Of a stretch of DNA of 64,000 nt, positions 40,389 through 50,906 are shown piece after piece. The position numbers and the translations under genes are program-made. The stretch comes from an uncultured Chloroflexia bacterium (GTDB taxonomy: Bacteria; Chloroflexota; Limnocylindria; Limnocylindrales; CSP1-4), in contig CAVVNQ010000015.1 in assembly GCA_963749705.1 (NCBI GenBank), positions 416,001-480,000 of the forward strand, in the 5' to 3' direction. Each line of letters starts with the position of its first letter. Position 1 is the stretch's first letter. Under the pieces are notes generated by a model. It made no database searches. It was not told where the DNA came from and saw only the letters and a program-made list of their open reading frames with translations.

Positions 40389-40991
40389 CTACAGCTGCAG
40401 GTCGCCGGTCGTTGCGTCCGGGAGCCCGACCAGGGCCCGGATCTCGTTCGAGACCGGCAGGACCTGTGCGACCCAGTGGTCGAGCGCGACCTGGTACGCC
40501 GTGGCCTGATCGACCCGTGGCCCGTGCGGGTCGACGGCGTCCAGCAGGCCGATGGTCCCGGCGATCGCCGAGTCCAGGTCGCCGACCAGGGTCCGCGTCA
40601 GCTCGAGCGGGGGCAGCGAGGCCAGCCGGCCCCGCGTGTCGATGACCTGGTCGGTCAGCCGGGCACCGACGAGGTCGAACTCGGCAAGCGGGTTGGCAAG
40701 CAGGATCTCAGTGCACGCCCGGTTGTGCTGGTCGGCCAGGGCGAGGAACGCGTCCGCGAACGCTTGCTCACCGGGACCGTGCGGTCGCCCGGGTGTCGCG
40801 AGGGCGCTCGGAGCGTTCGTCGCGAGGGACCGGCCCGGGAGGATCGGGGAGCCGGCCGGCGTGGACGATCCGGCCGGTTGCACGCTCGGGTCCGGCCGGC
40901 TCGAGACCACGATCGCGCCGCCCAGGACGACGATCATGGCGAGCGGGGCCAGGGCGATCCATCGCCGGTCGCGATCGGGCACCCGCCCCAC
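40389..40991 (-). CDS. Hypothetical membrane-anchored protein
   Basis: N-terminal TM helix, Pro/Ser/Thr linker, helical C-terminus; abuts the upstream LLM gene. Confidence 0.6.
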   Translation of the reverse strand: MGRVPDRDRRWIALAPLAMIVVLGGAIVVSSRPDPSVQPAGSSTPAGSPILPGRSLATNAPSALATPGRPHGPGEQAFADAFLALADQHNRACTEILLANPLAEFDLVGARLTDQVIDTRGRLASLPPLELTRTLVGDLDSAIAGTIGLLDAVDPHGPRVDQATAYQVALDHWVAQVLPVSNEIRALVGLPDATTGDLQL

Positions 40992-42029
40992 CTATCGCGC
41001 GTCGCGAAGCAACGGGATCACGTCCTCCACGAGGACGGCAAATGCCTCGCGCTGCACCCCCGGATCGAGCCCCGGGAAGTGCGTGCGGAACACGAACGAT
41101 CCGGATGGCCCGAGCGTGCCGGCGTAGGCGCGAATGCCGTCGGCGACCGCCTCCGGCGATCCGACCAGCATCCGGGACCGGACGTCATCGGGCGAGGGAG
41201 CGTCGCCGGGGTTCGGCATTGACCGATGGATGGAGCCTCGCGCGGCCCCCATGTCGGCGTACTTCCACGTCATGTACCGCGCCGCCTCGCCGACGCGCTG
41301 CCACGCGTCGCCATCGCGCCAGGCAAAGGTCATCCGGTGGACGGCGATCTCGATCGCGTCAGGGTCCCGGTCAGCTGCTCCGGCTTCCTCGCGGACCCAG
41401 CGGGCACGGTCGGCCAGCGCCTCGGGCGACGCGCCACTGCCCAGGTACCCGTCGGCGATGCGCCCCGCGCGGCGGACCGCGGGCTCCGCCCCGGCGCCGA
41501 TCCAGATGGGCGTCGCCGCCCCGCGGACCGGCTTGGGCGTGACGTTGAGCCCCGGCTCCGGGTAACGGAACGTCACGCCATCACCCGTCGCCAGCCCGTC
41601 GCCCCAGGCCTGGCGCAGGACGCCGATGGTCGCCTCCATCCGGGCGCCGCGCGAGCGCGCGGAGATGTCGAACCCCTCGAACTCCTCGTCGCGCCATCCG
41701 ATCGCCAGGCCGAGGATCAGCCGGCCGCCGGAGATCAGGTCGACCGTCGCCGCATCCTCGGCGAGCCGCAGGGGATCGAACAGGGGTGCCAGCAGGACGC
41801 CGGTCCCGAGCCGGATCCGGTCAGTCCGTGCCGCGATCGCCGCCAGGACCGGCAGCTGCGCCGACATGTAGCCGTCGTCGACGAAGTGGTGCTCGCTGGT
41901 CCAGACGCTGTCGAACCCGGCGGCCTCTGCCAGCACGCCATACTCGATCGCCTCGCGATACAGCTCGGCAACCGGTCGGGGATCGGACGGATGGTGCTGG
42001 GCGGTGAGCAGCCCGTACCCAAAGCGCAT
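40992..42029 (-). CDS. LLM class flavin-dependent oxidoreductase
   Basis: GFDSVWTSEHHF, RLAEDAATVDLISGGRLILG, PIWIG. Confidence 0.92.
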   Translation of the reverse strand: MRFGYGLLTAQHHPSDPRPVAELYREAIEYGVLAEAAGFDSVWTSEHHFVDDGYMSAQLPVLAAIAARTDRIRLGTGVLLAPLFDPLRLAEDAATVDLISGGRLILGLAIGWRDEEFEGFDISARSRGARMEATIGVLRQAWGDGLATGDGVTFRYPEPGLNVTPKPVRGAATPIWIGAGAEPAVRRAGRIADGYLGSGASPEALADRARWVREEAGAADRDPDAIEIAVHRMTFAWRDGDAWQRVGEAARYMTWKYADMGAARGSIHRSMPNPGDAPSPDDVRSRMLVGSPEAVADGIRAYAGTLGPSGSFVFRTHFPGLDPGVQREAFAVLVEDVIPLLRDAR

Positions 42030-42102
42030 CTCGGCCTCCAGCTATCGGACGGGCGAGCGACCCGGTGTCACGGCCCTGATGGTACCGGCGGCGCCGCTCG
42101 GG

Positions 42103-43932
42103 CTAGGCGCCGACCTCGATCAGGCCGTTCCACAGAACGTAGTGGGAGCGGTAGACCTCGTGGTGGATGACGGTGCCGCCGGCATCCCGGACGACGCGGG
42201 AGACCGACACGTCCATCCCGTTCGACGCGTATTCGGTCTGCTTGCGCACGCCCGTCCGGAGCGTGCTGACGAGGACGGTCCGGGTCACCGACTTGCGGAC
42301 GTTGGTGACCACCGGGCGCCCGATCGTGACCTGGCGTCCGTCGGAGATGCCCCAGATCTCGTAGCGAACGTAGCCGCGTCCGTTGGCACGAACCTTGAAC
42401 CCGCGGATCAGGATGGGATTGCCCGTGTCATTGGTGAAGCTCATCGTCTGCCGGCCACCGCCCATGATCGACACGGTCGCGTCAAGGCCCAGCGGGTAGC
42501 GGTAGATGTAGTAGCGGTGATTCGACCGCGCGCCCATCCGGAGACCGGCGCGGAGGGCGGCGTTGAACAGCGTGGTGGAGCTCGAGCACATGCCGCCGCC
42601 GAGCGCGCCGGTGGGTTCCGTATGGTCAGTCTTGATGACGCCGCCAGGACCGAACCCACGTGCGGCATTGACGGGCAGCACGGCCCGCCACCAGTCGAAT
42701 GTCTGGCCGGGTGCGAGGACAGTCCCGTTGATGATCTGCGCGGGCAGCCAGATGTTGGCCCCGTAGTAGTTGCTGCTGCCGATCGGGAACCACGTGGTCC
42801 ACGTGCCCAGCCTCGTCATCAGCGGCGCGGTCTGCGTCGCCGCATCGGTTGTCAGGTCGGGAGCGACGGCGACGGCCATCGCCGTCACCGGGGCCGGCGG
42901 CCGGCCGCGGCTGCGTGCCATGAGCTCGTCGATGATCCGGGCCGCCGTGACATCGACCTCCAGCCGGCGTCCGTTCTTGGCGGCCGCGACGCCGACGACC
43001 TTGCCGCTCCTGGCAGTCAGGAATGTCGCCGACGCGGGCTTGAGCTGAACCCCCTTGCTGACGGCACCAAGGGCGCCGCTCACCTGCGCGGCGTCGACCG
43101 CCGGCGATACCGACCCACCGGGACCCGCAAGGAAGCGCACCCACTGACGGACGGTCGCGGCGGGGATCGTCCACGAGCCCTTGCCGAACACGACCGTCAC
43201 GTCGCCGATGAGCTGCCGGGCGCGGACTCTCGCGACGGTCGCGGCAAAATCGTTGGTGGCCGGGGGAACGATGCCCACATCGACCGCAATGGTGACCTCC
43301 GCCGGGGCGTCGATGCGACCCAGGGTGTCGATGGCCGCGGTGATCACCGGCGCCGGGTCGGCCGTCCGCCCGGAGCGGGCCGGGGTGCTGACGAACCCAT
43401 CCGGCCCGATCGCGATCGTGGCATCGACCGGTGACAGATCGAGCGTCCGCAGGGCACTGGAGATCGGCAGGGCGAGCGTCGCGGCGTCCAGCCGAACGCG
43501 GGGCTGAAGCGTCGTCCCGCGCACCGCCTGCGTGACTTCCTCGACGGCGCGTGCGAGAACCGACCCGGCTCGTCCGGCGTTGAGCGCATCCTCGACCATG
43601 GCGTCGATGTCGGCCCCCCGGCCAAGCGTCGAATACGGGATCTCGATGTTGCCTGCGGTGGTATGCAGGATCAGCCGTCCCTGCCCGAGGTCGTAGGCTG
43701 CTGCAAGCACGTGCGCGGCCGACGTCCGGTCGAGCCCGGACAGGTCGGCCGTGCCGACGTGGACGCCCGGCAGGACCTTGCCCTGGTAGCCGGCGTCCCA
43801 CATCACCAGCCCGGCAGCGGCACACACGAGGACCCCGACCATCCCCATCGCGGCGATCCGCGTGCGCCCCGGGCCGCGACGTCCGGGGGCGTGCGCTTCC
43901 TGTGACACCGTGACGGGCGCGGGAGTCGTCAT
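42103..43932 (-). CDS. VanW family protein with peptidoglycan-binding (YoaR-like) domains
   Basis: TM anchor, VLPGVHVG..LSGL, INGTVLAPGQTF, GGGMC..STTLFNA, NHRYY..YPLGLDATV, FTNDT. Confidence 0.88.
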   Translation of the reverse strand: MTTPAPVTVSQEAHAPGRRGPGRTRIAAMGMVGVLVCAAAGLVMWDAGYQGKVLPGVHVGTADLSGLDRTSAAHVLAAAYDLGQGRLILHTTAGNIEIPYSTLGRGADIDAMVEDALNAGRAGSVLARAVEEVTQAVRGTTLQPRVRLDAATLALPISSALRTLDLSPVDATIAIGPDGFVSTPARSGRTADPAPVITAAIDTLGRIDAPAEVTIAVDVGIVPPATNDFAATVARVRARQLIGDVTVVFGKGSWTIPAATVRQWVRFLAGPGGSVSPAVDAAQVSGALGAVSKGVQLKPASATFLTARSGKVVGVAAAKNGRRLEVDVTAARIIDELMARSRGRPPAPVTAMAVAVAPDLTTDAATQTAPLMTRLGTWTTWFPIGSSNYYGANIWLPAQIINGTVLAPGQTFDWWRAVLPVNAARGFGPGGVIKTDHTEPTGALGGGMCSSSTTLFNAALRAGLRMGARSNHRYYIYRYPLGLDATVSIMGGGRQTMSFTNDTGNPILIRGFKVRANGRGYVRYEIWGISDGRQVTIGRPVVTNVRKSVTRTVLVSTLRTGVRKQTEYASNGMDVSVSRVVRDAGGTVIHHEVYRSHYVLWNGLIEVGA

Positions 43933-44099
43933 CGAGAGCCCCTGCTGGCGGGCGCATCGCGCCCTGGAGCAAGACAGACCGCGATGATGCACGGCCGCGC
44001 GGCCGGCTGCACGGCGCGCCGGCAGAACCGCCTGCCGGCCGGGCAGCGGCAGAAGCGCACGGGACCGGGCACGGACCGGTCGTGTAGTACCGTCCCCCG

Positions 44100-45431
44100 A
44101 TGCGCCTTCCCGCTGAGCTCGACCCCCTGCGCGAGCGCCGGTTCCGGCTGCTGTTCGGCGCCCGCACCGTGTCGACCTTCGGCAGCCAGATGGCCAACAT
44201 CGCGCTCGCCTTCGCCGTGCTCGACTTCGGCGGGCCCGCGGACCTCGGGTTCGTCATCCTGGCGCGCGAGATCCCGCTGGTCGTGCTGCTCCTGCTCGGC
44301 GGCGTCTGGAGCGACCGGCTGCCACGGCACCTCGTCCTCGTCTCAGCCGATGTGCTGCGCGGCGTGGCGCAGGGCCTGACCGCCGTCCTGTTGCTGACGG
44401 GCAACGCGTCGCTGCTCGCGGTCGCGCTGCTCCAGGTGGTCTACGGCGGCGTCAACGCGTTCGGGCGGCCGGCGTTCCAGGGCCTCCTGCCGCAGGTGGT
44501 TCGACCCGCGCGGCTGCAGCAGGCCAACGCCATGCTGGGCCTGTCCGGCTCGACGGCTTCCATCGCGGGTCCCGCGATCGGGGCGATCATCGTCGCGGCT
44601 GCCGCGCCGGCCTGGGCCCTGGGTGCCGATGCCCTCACGTTCGCCGTCAGCGCGATCCTGCTGGCGCGCGTGGACCTGCCGCGCACCATGCGGGTCTCGG
44701 GGCGGAGCGTGATCTCGGATTTCCGCGAGGGATGGCAGGAGTTCACGTCGCGGACATGGCTGGTCGCCGTCGTGGCGTCGTTCTCGCTGTTCCAGCTCAC
44801 CTTCTTCCCGGCGTTGCTGGTGCTCGGACCGTTCGTCGCCAAGACACAGCTGGGTGGCGCCGGTGCCTGGGGCGCGATCCTGGCCGTCCAGTCCGTGGGG
44901 TCGCTGCTGGGCGGCCTGGTCGCGCTGCGCGTCCGGTTCTCGCGGCCGCTGGTCGCCGAGATGCTGCTCGTCCTGCCCGCGGGGTTCCAGGTGCTCCTGC
45001 TCGGTGCGGGCGCCCCGCTGTGGGCGATCACGGCGATCGCGTTCCTCAGCGGGGCCGGCTTTGCGATCGGCAACGCCGTCTGGTTCTCGACGCTCCAGGA
45101 GAAGATCCCCGAGCACGCCATCTCGCGGATCAGCTCGTTCGACTGGTTCGGATCCGTCGCGCTCAACCCGATCGGCTACGCGCTCATCGGCCCGCTGTCG
45201 GAGGTGATCGGGGTGGGGGAGAGCCTGCTGATCGCCGGCGGCCTGAACATCGTGATCACGGTCGCGATGCTGGCAATCCCGAGCGTTCGCACGCTGCGCG
45301 CAGGGCCCGAGGAGGCGATCCCGTCGATCGGTGCGCCCGCCGTGTCAGCGGTGCTGACACCGGGCGTCGCTCAGCTCGCCGAGCCTGACGAGGGAGCGGT
45401 CCAACTGGTCAGAACGCCCGGCGAAGAATGA
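44100..45431 (+). CDS. MFS transporter
   Basis: GGVWSDRLPR motif, about 12 TM helices. Confidence 0.9.
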   Translation: MRLPAELDPLRERRFRLLFGARTVSTFGSQMANIALAFAVLDFGGPADLGFVILAREIPLVVLLLLGGVWSDRLPRHLVLVSADVLRGVAQGLTAVLLLTGNASLLAVALLQVVYGGVNAFGRPAFQGLLPQVVRPARLQQANAMLGLSGSTASIAGPAIGAIIVAAAAPAWALGADALTFAVSAILLARVDLPRTMRVSGRSVISDFREGWQEFTSRTWLVAVVASFSLFQLTFFPALLVLGPFVAKTQLGGAGAWGAILAVQSVGSLLGGLVALRVRFSRPLVAEMLLVLPAGFQVLLLGAGAPLWAITAIAFLSGAGFAIGNAVWFSTLQEKIPEHAISRISSFDWFGSVALNPIGYALIGPLSEVIGVGESLLIAGGLNIVITVAMLAIPSVRTLRAGPEEAIPSIGAPAVSAVLTPGVAQLAEPDEGAVQLVRTPGEE

Positions 45432-45612
45432 CCAGGCACGCCAGGACCGGGACCAGGACCAGGACCAGCTGCTCCGGGGGAAGCGCCGACACGGTGTGGA
45501 TCGCGTTGTCGACGAACGCGGCAGCCCCGGCACCGAGGTCCTGCGTGCCGCCCCCGCCCGCCTGACCGCCGACGCCCGTCGCCTGTCCGACGCCCTGACC
45601 GTACTCGACCAT
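45409..45612 (-). CDS. Small hypothetical protein, Gly-rich N-terminus and C-terminal TM helix
   Basis: 67 aa, GC3-biased codons; possible -10 box 6 nt upstream. Confidence 0.55.
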   Translation of the reverse strand: MVEYGQGVGQATGVGGQAGGGGTQDLGAGAAAFVDNAIHTVSALPPEQLVLVLVPVLACLVILRRAF

Positions 45613-45683
45613 GCGCGGATCATCGCACGCGGCACAAGCAGGGCGCCGGATGGCTCACGCCCCGCAGCCGCGCGTGCGTCGGG

Positions 45684-46346
45684 TCAGGCCCCGGCTGCGG
45701 GTCTGAGGCCGTACACGCGCCCATCCTTGAGCGCGAGATCCTCGAGCTCGGTCGTCGTCCTGACCTCGTAGCGGGCAAGCTCGACGAGATCGGCCGTGGG
45801 AAGGTATCGACGTCCCGGGTCGCCGACGAGGACATCGATCCCGCGCTCGCGCGCTCGTACCAGCCACGGCAGGACGCGGGCCGCGAGGTGCGCGTCGTAC
45901 CAGCAGTCGCCGGCGAGGATGACATCGGCCTCGGGCGGGACATCGTCGAGCACGTCGCGGTGCACGATCGTGACCCGCTGGCCTGCGGCGCGCGCGTTGA
46001 GCGCGATGGCGGCTGCCGCGAACGGATCGATGTCGGCGCACGCTGCCTCGAGCGCCCCCGCACGCATCGCCGAGATCGCGCACAGCCCGGATCCGGACGC
46101 GAGATCGAACACCCGCCGTCCGGCGACGGCGTCGGGACGGTCGCGCAGGTAGCGCCCGATCGCGAGGCCCCCGGCCCACGCGAAGGCCCAGTACGGCAGA
46201 GGCGCATCCTCATCGCCGGTCTCCAGCTGCGCGGCTCGCCACAGCGGAAGGACCTCGTCCGCCAGGTGAAGGCTGAGGTCCTCGAGCCCGGGGACCGGCC
46301 GCAGCCTCGTGTGGCGGAGGACGAAGGCGCGGGTCGACGAAGCCAT
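45684..46346 (-). CDS. Class I SAM-dependent (PrmA/METTL20-like) protein methyltransferase
   Basis: PYWAFAWAGG, VFDLASGSG, ILAGDCWY, GDPGRRY. Confidence 0.9.
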   Translation of the reverse strand: MASSTRAFVLRHTRLRPVPGLEDLSLHLADEVLPLWRAAQLETGDEDAPLPYWAFAWAGGLAIGRYLRDRPDAVAGRRVFDLASGSGLCAISAMRAGALEAACADIDPFAAAAIALNARAAGQRVTIVHRDVLDDVPPEADVILAGDCWYDAHLAARVLPWLVRARERGIDVLVGDPGRRYLPTADLVELARYEVRTTTELEDLALKDGRVYGLRPAAGA

Positions 46347-46409
46347 CGCCCGACTGTACCGCCGGCGAACGCCCGGGACGCGCGACGCCGGACGGGCGAT
46401 CATTGGCGC

Positions 46410-47168
46410 ATGCCGAGACAACCCGTCGGACCCGCGACGTTCAAGCGACAGGGGGCCGGCCTGTATGCCACGGCCGATGGGCGATTCGCCATCGAGCAGG
46501 CGTCGGGCGGCTGGATGCTCACCGACGCGGAGCAGGTGAACGAGCTGGGGATGTCGCTCGTCCGGGGGCCGTTTGCGACGCTGGTCGCGGCACGGGAAGC
46601 AGCCGAGACCGCGCGTGGCGGGCCGGCTCCGACCTCGGACCTGGCAGCGAGGATGGCCGCCCTGCCGCCGAGGCCGGCGCGCGAGGTTGCGCGGGCCGGG
46701 CCCGGGGTCGACGCGACACCGGCCGGGCAGCCGGCCCCCGAACCCGAGCCGCCGGAGCCCCCGGTGCTGATCCGCGAATGGCAGGACGCCGACGGGCCGG
46801 CGCTCCGCCGGCTGTGGGACCTCCTGGACCTCCGTTCGCTGGGCGACGACGATGCCGGCCTGGCGGTCATGGCCCGGCGCAACCCCGGGCTGCTGCTGGT
46901 GGCGACCGTCGGCGACGCGATTGTCGGCTCCGCGCTGGGTGGCTGGGACGGCCGGCGCGGCTGGATCTACCACGTCGGGGTCCACCCGGACCATCAGCGG
47001 CGCGGGACGGCCCGACGGCTCGTTGCGGCGATCGAGGACGGGCTGCGGGCCCTCGGCTGCCCGAAGGTCAACGTCGTCGTCCTCGACGACAACGAGGACG
47101 CGGTCGCGTTCTGGCGGGCGCTCGGCTACGCGATCCTTCCCGCGCGCCAGTACGGCCGGGTGCTGTGA
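46410..47168 (+). CDS. GNAT acetyltransferase (YpeA-like) with extra N-terminal domain
   Basis: GGWDGRRGWIYHVGVHPDHQRRG, LGCPKVN...N..AVAFW..LGY. Confidence 0.85.
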   Translation: MPRQPVGPATFKRQGAGLYATADGRFAIEQASGGWMLTDAEQVNELGMSLVRGPFATLVAAREAAETARGGPAPTSDLAARMAALPPRPAREVARAGPGVDATPAGQPAPEPEPPEPPVLIREWQDADGPALRRLWDLLDLRSLGDDDAGLAVMARRNPGLLLVATVGDAIVGSALGGWDGRRGWIYHVGVHPDHQRRGTARRLVAAIEDGLRALGCPKVNVVVLDDNEDAVAFWRALGYAILPARQYGRVL

Positions 47169-47172
47169 CCGG

Positions 47173-47841
47173 TCAGCCTTCGTCCGCGGACGCGCGTCCC
47201 GCCAGGTGGCCGCCGAAGGCGATGGTCCAGATCACCACCGGGTAGACGATCCAGCGCTCGATCCCGCCCACCCCCAGCGACGCCATCGGATGCGAATCAC
47301 CGAGGAACAGGTAGCTGAGCAGCACGCCCAGGGTGATCGTCCCCAGCAGGATCACGAGCAGGCGGAACGGCCCGCTCGCGACGCGTGCCGAGCTGAGCGC
47401 GGCGATCCCACCGGCAATGAACGCGACCATCGCACAGATCGCGTGTGGCGCACCGGTGTTGCCCGGGAAGATCCCGACGCCGAGCGCAGCCAGGCCGAGC
47501 ACGCCGATGGACACGGACACTGAGCGGAACCCGTACGCCCGTTGGACGAAGATCGCGCTCGCCGCGAGCAGGAGCCCGACCAGGATCATCGAGGAATCGA
47601 AGATCGCCGCCGAGGGCTGGAGGACAATCCCGGCCGGGGGCCGGGTCCCGCCGAGATCGCTGATCTCGTTCGCGCCGGTGGCGTAGGCGGCCGGGTACAG
47701 CGCCTCCGCGGTGATGATCCCCATCAGGATCACCCCGCCGGCGACGATCAGCAGCGAGCCGGCGACCGTGAGATCGAGCGTCCGCGTTCTCGCGACGACC
47801 GGACGTCGGACGGCGCTGAACGGTAGCGAGCGGATCGTCAT
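47173..47841 (-). CDS. DUF998 family membrane protein
   Basis: AEALYP.Y....NEISDLG, GVGIFP....PH, LGVGGIERWIVYP. Confidence 0.8.
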   Translation of the reverse strand: MTIRSLPFSAVRRPVVARTRTLDLTVAGSLLIVAGGVILMGIITAEALYPAAYATGANEISDLGGTRPPAGIVLQPSAAIFDSSMILVGLLLAASAIFVQRAYGFRSVSVSIGVLGLAALGVGIFPGNTGAPHAICAMVAFIAGGIAALSSARVASGPFRLLVILLGTITLGVLLSYLFLGDSHPMASLGVGGIERWIVYPVVIWTIAFGGHLAGRASADEG

Positions 47842-47997
47842 GGTGCTTCACCCTCCGATGGTCGAGGGACGCGACGTCGACGCCCATCGTGCTCGGCTGG
47901 CAGGGCTTCGCGCGCGTGGCGACGAGCCTGTGTTCCACGGGCCAATTCGACCGCCAACGGCCCATTCGGTCGAGGTGGCGTAGGAACGCGTGCGGCG

Positions 47998-48906
47998 CTA
48001 CGGGCCGGCGAGCGTCGCTTCCGGAGTCTCCGAAGCCTCCAGGCCCGCGATGCCCGGCGACCGTCGGGTGGCCAGCGTCGACCCCAGGATGACCAGCGCG
48101 AAGCCGAGCGCCATAGGGACCGTGAACGTCTCGTTCAGCACGAGCACGCCCAGCAGGGCCGCCACGGCTGGGTTGACGTAGGTGATCACGGTGGCCCGGA
48201 CAGGCCCGATCTCCGCAATCAGCGCGGCGAACAGGATGAACGCGGCCGCCGTGCACAGGACGCCCAGCACGACGATCGATGCGATGACGTCTCCGCTGGG
48301 CATCGTCGCGGGCGGGTCGACCGCCACGATCGGGACGTACACGACCGCACACGCAGCAAGCGACACCGCCATGACGCCCAGGGATGGCACGCCGTTGAGC
48401 CGGCGGGACAGGATCGCGGGGCCGACCGCGTACCCGACGACCACGATGCCGACCTGGAGCAGCGCCGTCGCGTTGGAGGCCTCGAAGTCGCCGCCGACGA
48501 TGGCGGCCACGCCGGACAGCCCGATCAGCAGCCCGACCAGGCTCCTGCCGCCGATCCGGTCGGTGCCGCCGGTGGTCAGCGCGATGGTAGCGCCCACGAG
48601 CGGGACACCCGCGACCAGGAGCCCGGCGAGCGAGCTCGAGATCTGCTGCTCCGCGGATCCGAGGAGCACCCAGGGGATCGCGATCTCGACGACCGCGAAC
48701 GCGGCGACCCAGCGCCAGTGGGCGAGCACGGCGCGGAGATCGACGCGCGCGAGCGCGACGGGCACCAGGATCAGGCTGGCGATCCCCGTACGCGCGAGGA
48801 CCAGCGTCGCGGGCGAGATCTGGTCGACGGCTACCCGGATGAACAGGTATGGGATGCCCCAGATCACCGACATCAGGGCAAACAGCACGAGCCCGCGGCG
48901 AGTCAT
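47998..48906 (-). CDS. EamA/DMT family transporter
   Basis: SVIWGIPYLFIRVA, ISSSLAG, RATVITYVNPAVA; 10 TM helices. Confidence 0.92.
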   Translation of the reverse strand: MTRRGLVLFALMSVIWGIPYLFIRVAVDQISPATLVLARTGIASLILVPVALARVDLRAVLAHWRWVAAFAVVEIAIPWVLLGSAEQQISSSLAGLLVAGVPLVGATIALTTGGTDRIGGRSLVGLLIGLSGVAAIVGGDFEASNATALLQVGIVVVGYAVGPAILSRRLNGVPSLGVMAVSLAACAVVYVPIVAVDPPATMPSGDVIASIVVLGVLCTAAAFILFAALIAEIGPVRATVITYVNPAVAALLGVLVLNETFTVPMALGFALVILGSTLATRRSPGIAGLEASETPEATLAGP

Positions 48907-49156
48907 CCGAGCGGCCGCGCCTTCCATTCCACGCGCCGGATCTTCGCAGACTTCGGGACGGGGTGGTGGCCGGGCTCATCGCATTCCATTCGCCGGTATC
49001 GCGCCGGTCAGCCACGTTCCCGGCACTCAGGCCCTGCCACCGCGTACGATCAGCCGGCCGGCCCGGACCGCATGCGCGTCCTGCCGGGGTGAGACGGAGG
49101 CCGTGCATGGACAGCGACTGCATCCAATCGGATGTCGCCCACGAGGTTTGGCGCTG

Positions 49157-49780
49157 ATGGCCCTACACCGGCGGACCGTGCCGGCTGCGCCGACCACCTC
49201 CACGTTCGATACCGCGGCCTGGGCGAACGCGACGTTCTCGGGCACGAAGCACGAGTCGGTCCTGTTCTCCGGGTCGGACCTGTCGGACCTGGTGGTGCGG
49301 GGGGCGTCGTTCACCGGGTGCACGTTCCGCGAGGTCAGGTTCAACGTCTCCAGCCTCGTCGACTCGGCGTTCGTCGGCTGCACCTTCGTCGCCTGCAACC
49401 TGTTCAACACCCGGTTCACGCGCTGCAAGCTCGTCGGCAGCGCGTTCGACCGCTGCAGCTACGAGCTGCTCGTCGTCGAGGAGGGGGACTGGTCGATGGT
49501 CACCATGCCGGGCGCCGAGCTGGGCAAGACGTCGTTCACGGGTGTCCGGATGCGCGAGGCCGATCTCACGGGGGCGAGGCTGGACGGCGCAACGGTCCGG
49601 GACGTCGACCTGTCCGGCGCATGGCTTCATCGCGCCACATTCGAGGGAACGGACCTCCGGGGCAGCGACCTGTCATCGCTCGATCCGCTCAACGCCGAGA
49701 TCCGGGGCGCCACGATCGACATCCAGCAGGCCACCGTCATCGCGGAGACAATCGGGTTCCGGGTGGAGGAGCCTGGCTGA
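49157..49780 (+). CDS. Pentapeptide repeat protein
   Basis: Continuous (S/A/C)xFxx and ADLxG pentapeptide repeats. Confidence 0.9.
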   Translation: MALHRRTVPAAPTTSTFDTAAWANATFSGTKHESVLFSGSDLSDLVVRGASFTGCTFREVRFNVSSLVDSAFVGCTFVACNLFNTRFTRCKLVGSAFDRCSYELLVVEEGDWSMVTMPGAELGKTSFTGVRMREADLTGARLDGATVRDVDLSGAWLHRATFEGTDLRGSDLSSLDPLNAEIRGATIDIQQATVIAETIGFRVEEPG

Positions 49781-49894
49781 CCGCCGACCGGCAGCGTCCG
49801 ACGTTGGCGCGTCACCGCCAGGCACGCGGCGCGGTCCGGGCGGTCGGGATAGAGTCGGGAACGGCGGCCCGGCGCGATCACCAGGAGGGCGGAC

Positions 49895-50287
49895 ATGGCG
49901 GACTTCGAGCGCACCACCACCGTGGGAGTCGGCGCGGACGCGGCGTTCGCCTTCCTGTCGGACCCGCGTCGCGTGCCCGAGTACGTCACGGCGATGCGCT
50001 TCGAGGAGGCCATCGCGGTCGACGGCGATCCGGACGCGGAGCTCGACGTGGCGGAGGTCCGCCCGGTGGGCGAGGCGCGGTTCCTCGCGGACGCGGGTAC
50101 GCGGCGGGTCGAGTGGGGGATGGGCGACCGCGACTACGGCGGGTCGGCGACGGTCAGCGTCGGGACGCCCAGCACGTCACAGGTGACGCTTCGGCTCCAC
50201 GTGCGCGACGACGCGGACGGCGCGGAGATCGAGCGCATGCTCGACCAGACCGTCCGCAACCTCCAGCGGCTCCTGTCGGGACGCTGA
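49895..50287 (+). CDS. SRPBCC family protein
   Basis: AFAFLSDPRRVPEY, RRVEW; AGGAGG RBS. Confidence 0.75.
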   Translation: MADFERTTTVGVGADAAFAFLSDPRRVPEYVTAMRFEEAIAVDGDPDAELDVAEVRPVGEARFLADAGTRRVEWGMGDRDYGGSATVSVGTPSTSQVTLRLHVRDDADGAEIERMLDQTVRNLQRLLSGR

Positions 50288-50316
50288 GCCGCGTTGGGTC
50301 GCGGGAGGAGGCCGCG

Positions 50317-50760
50317 TTACCCGGCGGCTGCCCCGGGTTCCGGGGAGGCCAGCTGGGCGTCCGTCGCCTCGTCCGCGACCCCGTCGAAGCAGCGGTCCAG
50401 CACCGTGCGGAACAGCGGATCGTCCGGATCCGCCCGGTGGAACAGCGTCATGCTGGAGCGAACCTTCATCGCATCGAGCGAACCGAAGATCTGCTCGGCG
50501 GTCCGTTCCCGCGTTTCGAGGACGAGCGCCGCGCACTCGTGCAGGCGTGTCCCGAGGACCGGATCGGCGAGGTAGGCGCGCGCCTCGTCCAGTGAGGCGA
50601 TCGCGTAGAACCGGGACAGCTCGCTCCTGCCAAGGCCCGCGAGCTGGGGAAAGATGAACCAGATCCAGTGCCCTGTCTTGCGGCCGCGTCGCAGCTCCTC
50701 CAGCACGCTGTCGTAGGTGCCCCGCTGCGCGTTGACGAACCGGTCGAGGTCGAAGGTCAT
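50317..50760 (-). CDS. DUF1810 family protein
   Basis: DLDRFVNAQ, GRKTGHWIWFIFPQLAGLG, DAMKVRSSMTLF. Confidence 0.93.
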   Translation of the reverse strand: MTFDLDRFVNAQRGTYDSVLEELRRGRKTGHWIWFIFPQLAGLGRSELSRFYAIASLDEARAYLADPVLGTRLHECAALVLETRERTAEQIFGSLDAMKVRSSMTLFHRADPDDPLFRTVLDRCFDGVADEATDAQLASPEPGAAAG

Positions 50761-50906
50761 GGATCGATTGGCTCCCGGATGCCCTGCGGATGCGCCTCGC
50801 CCATCTTGCTCTGCGCGGTGGTCGACCGCTCATCTGCGACGGCGTCGGACGGCACGAGCCTGTAGGGTGGAGGCGAGACGAATGACCGAAGACGACACGG
50901 AGGCTG

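Noticed and set aside
42103-43932. vanW as vancomycin resistance and the pentapeptide protein (49157-49780) as Qnr-type quinolone resistance
   Set aside because: No vanHAX or vanRS context; both families are widespread without a resistance function, and the sequence alone cannot support the claim.
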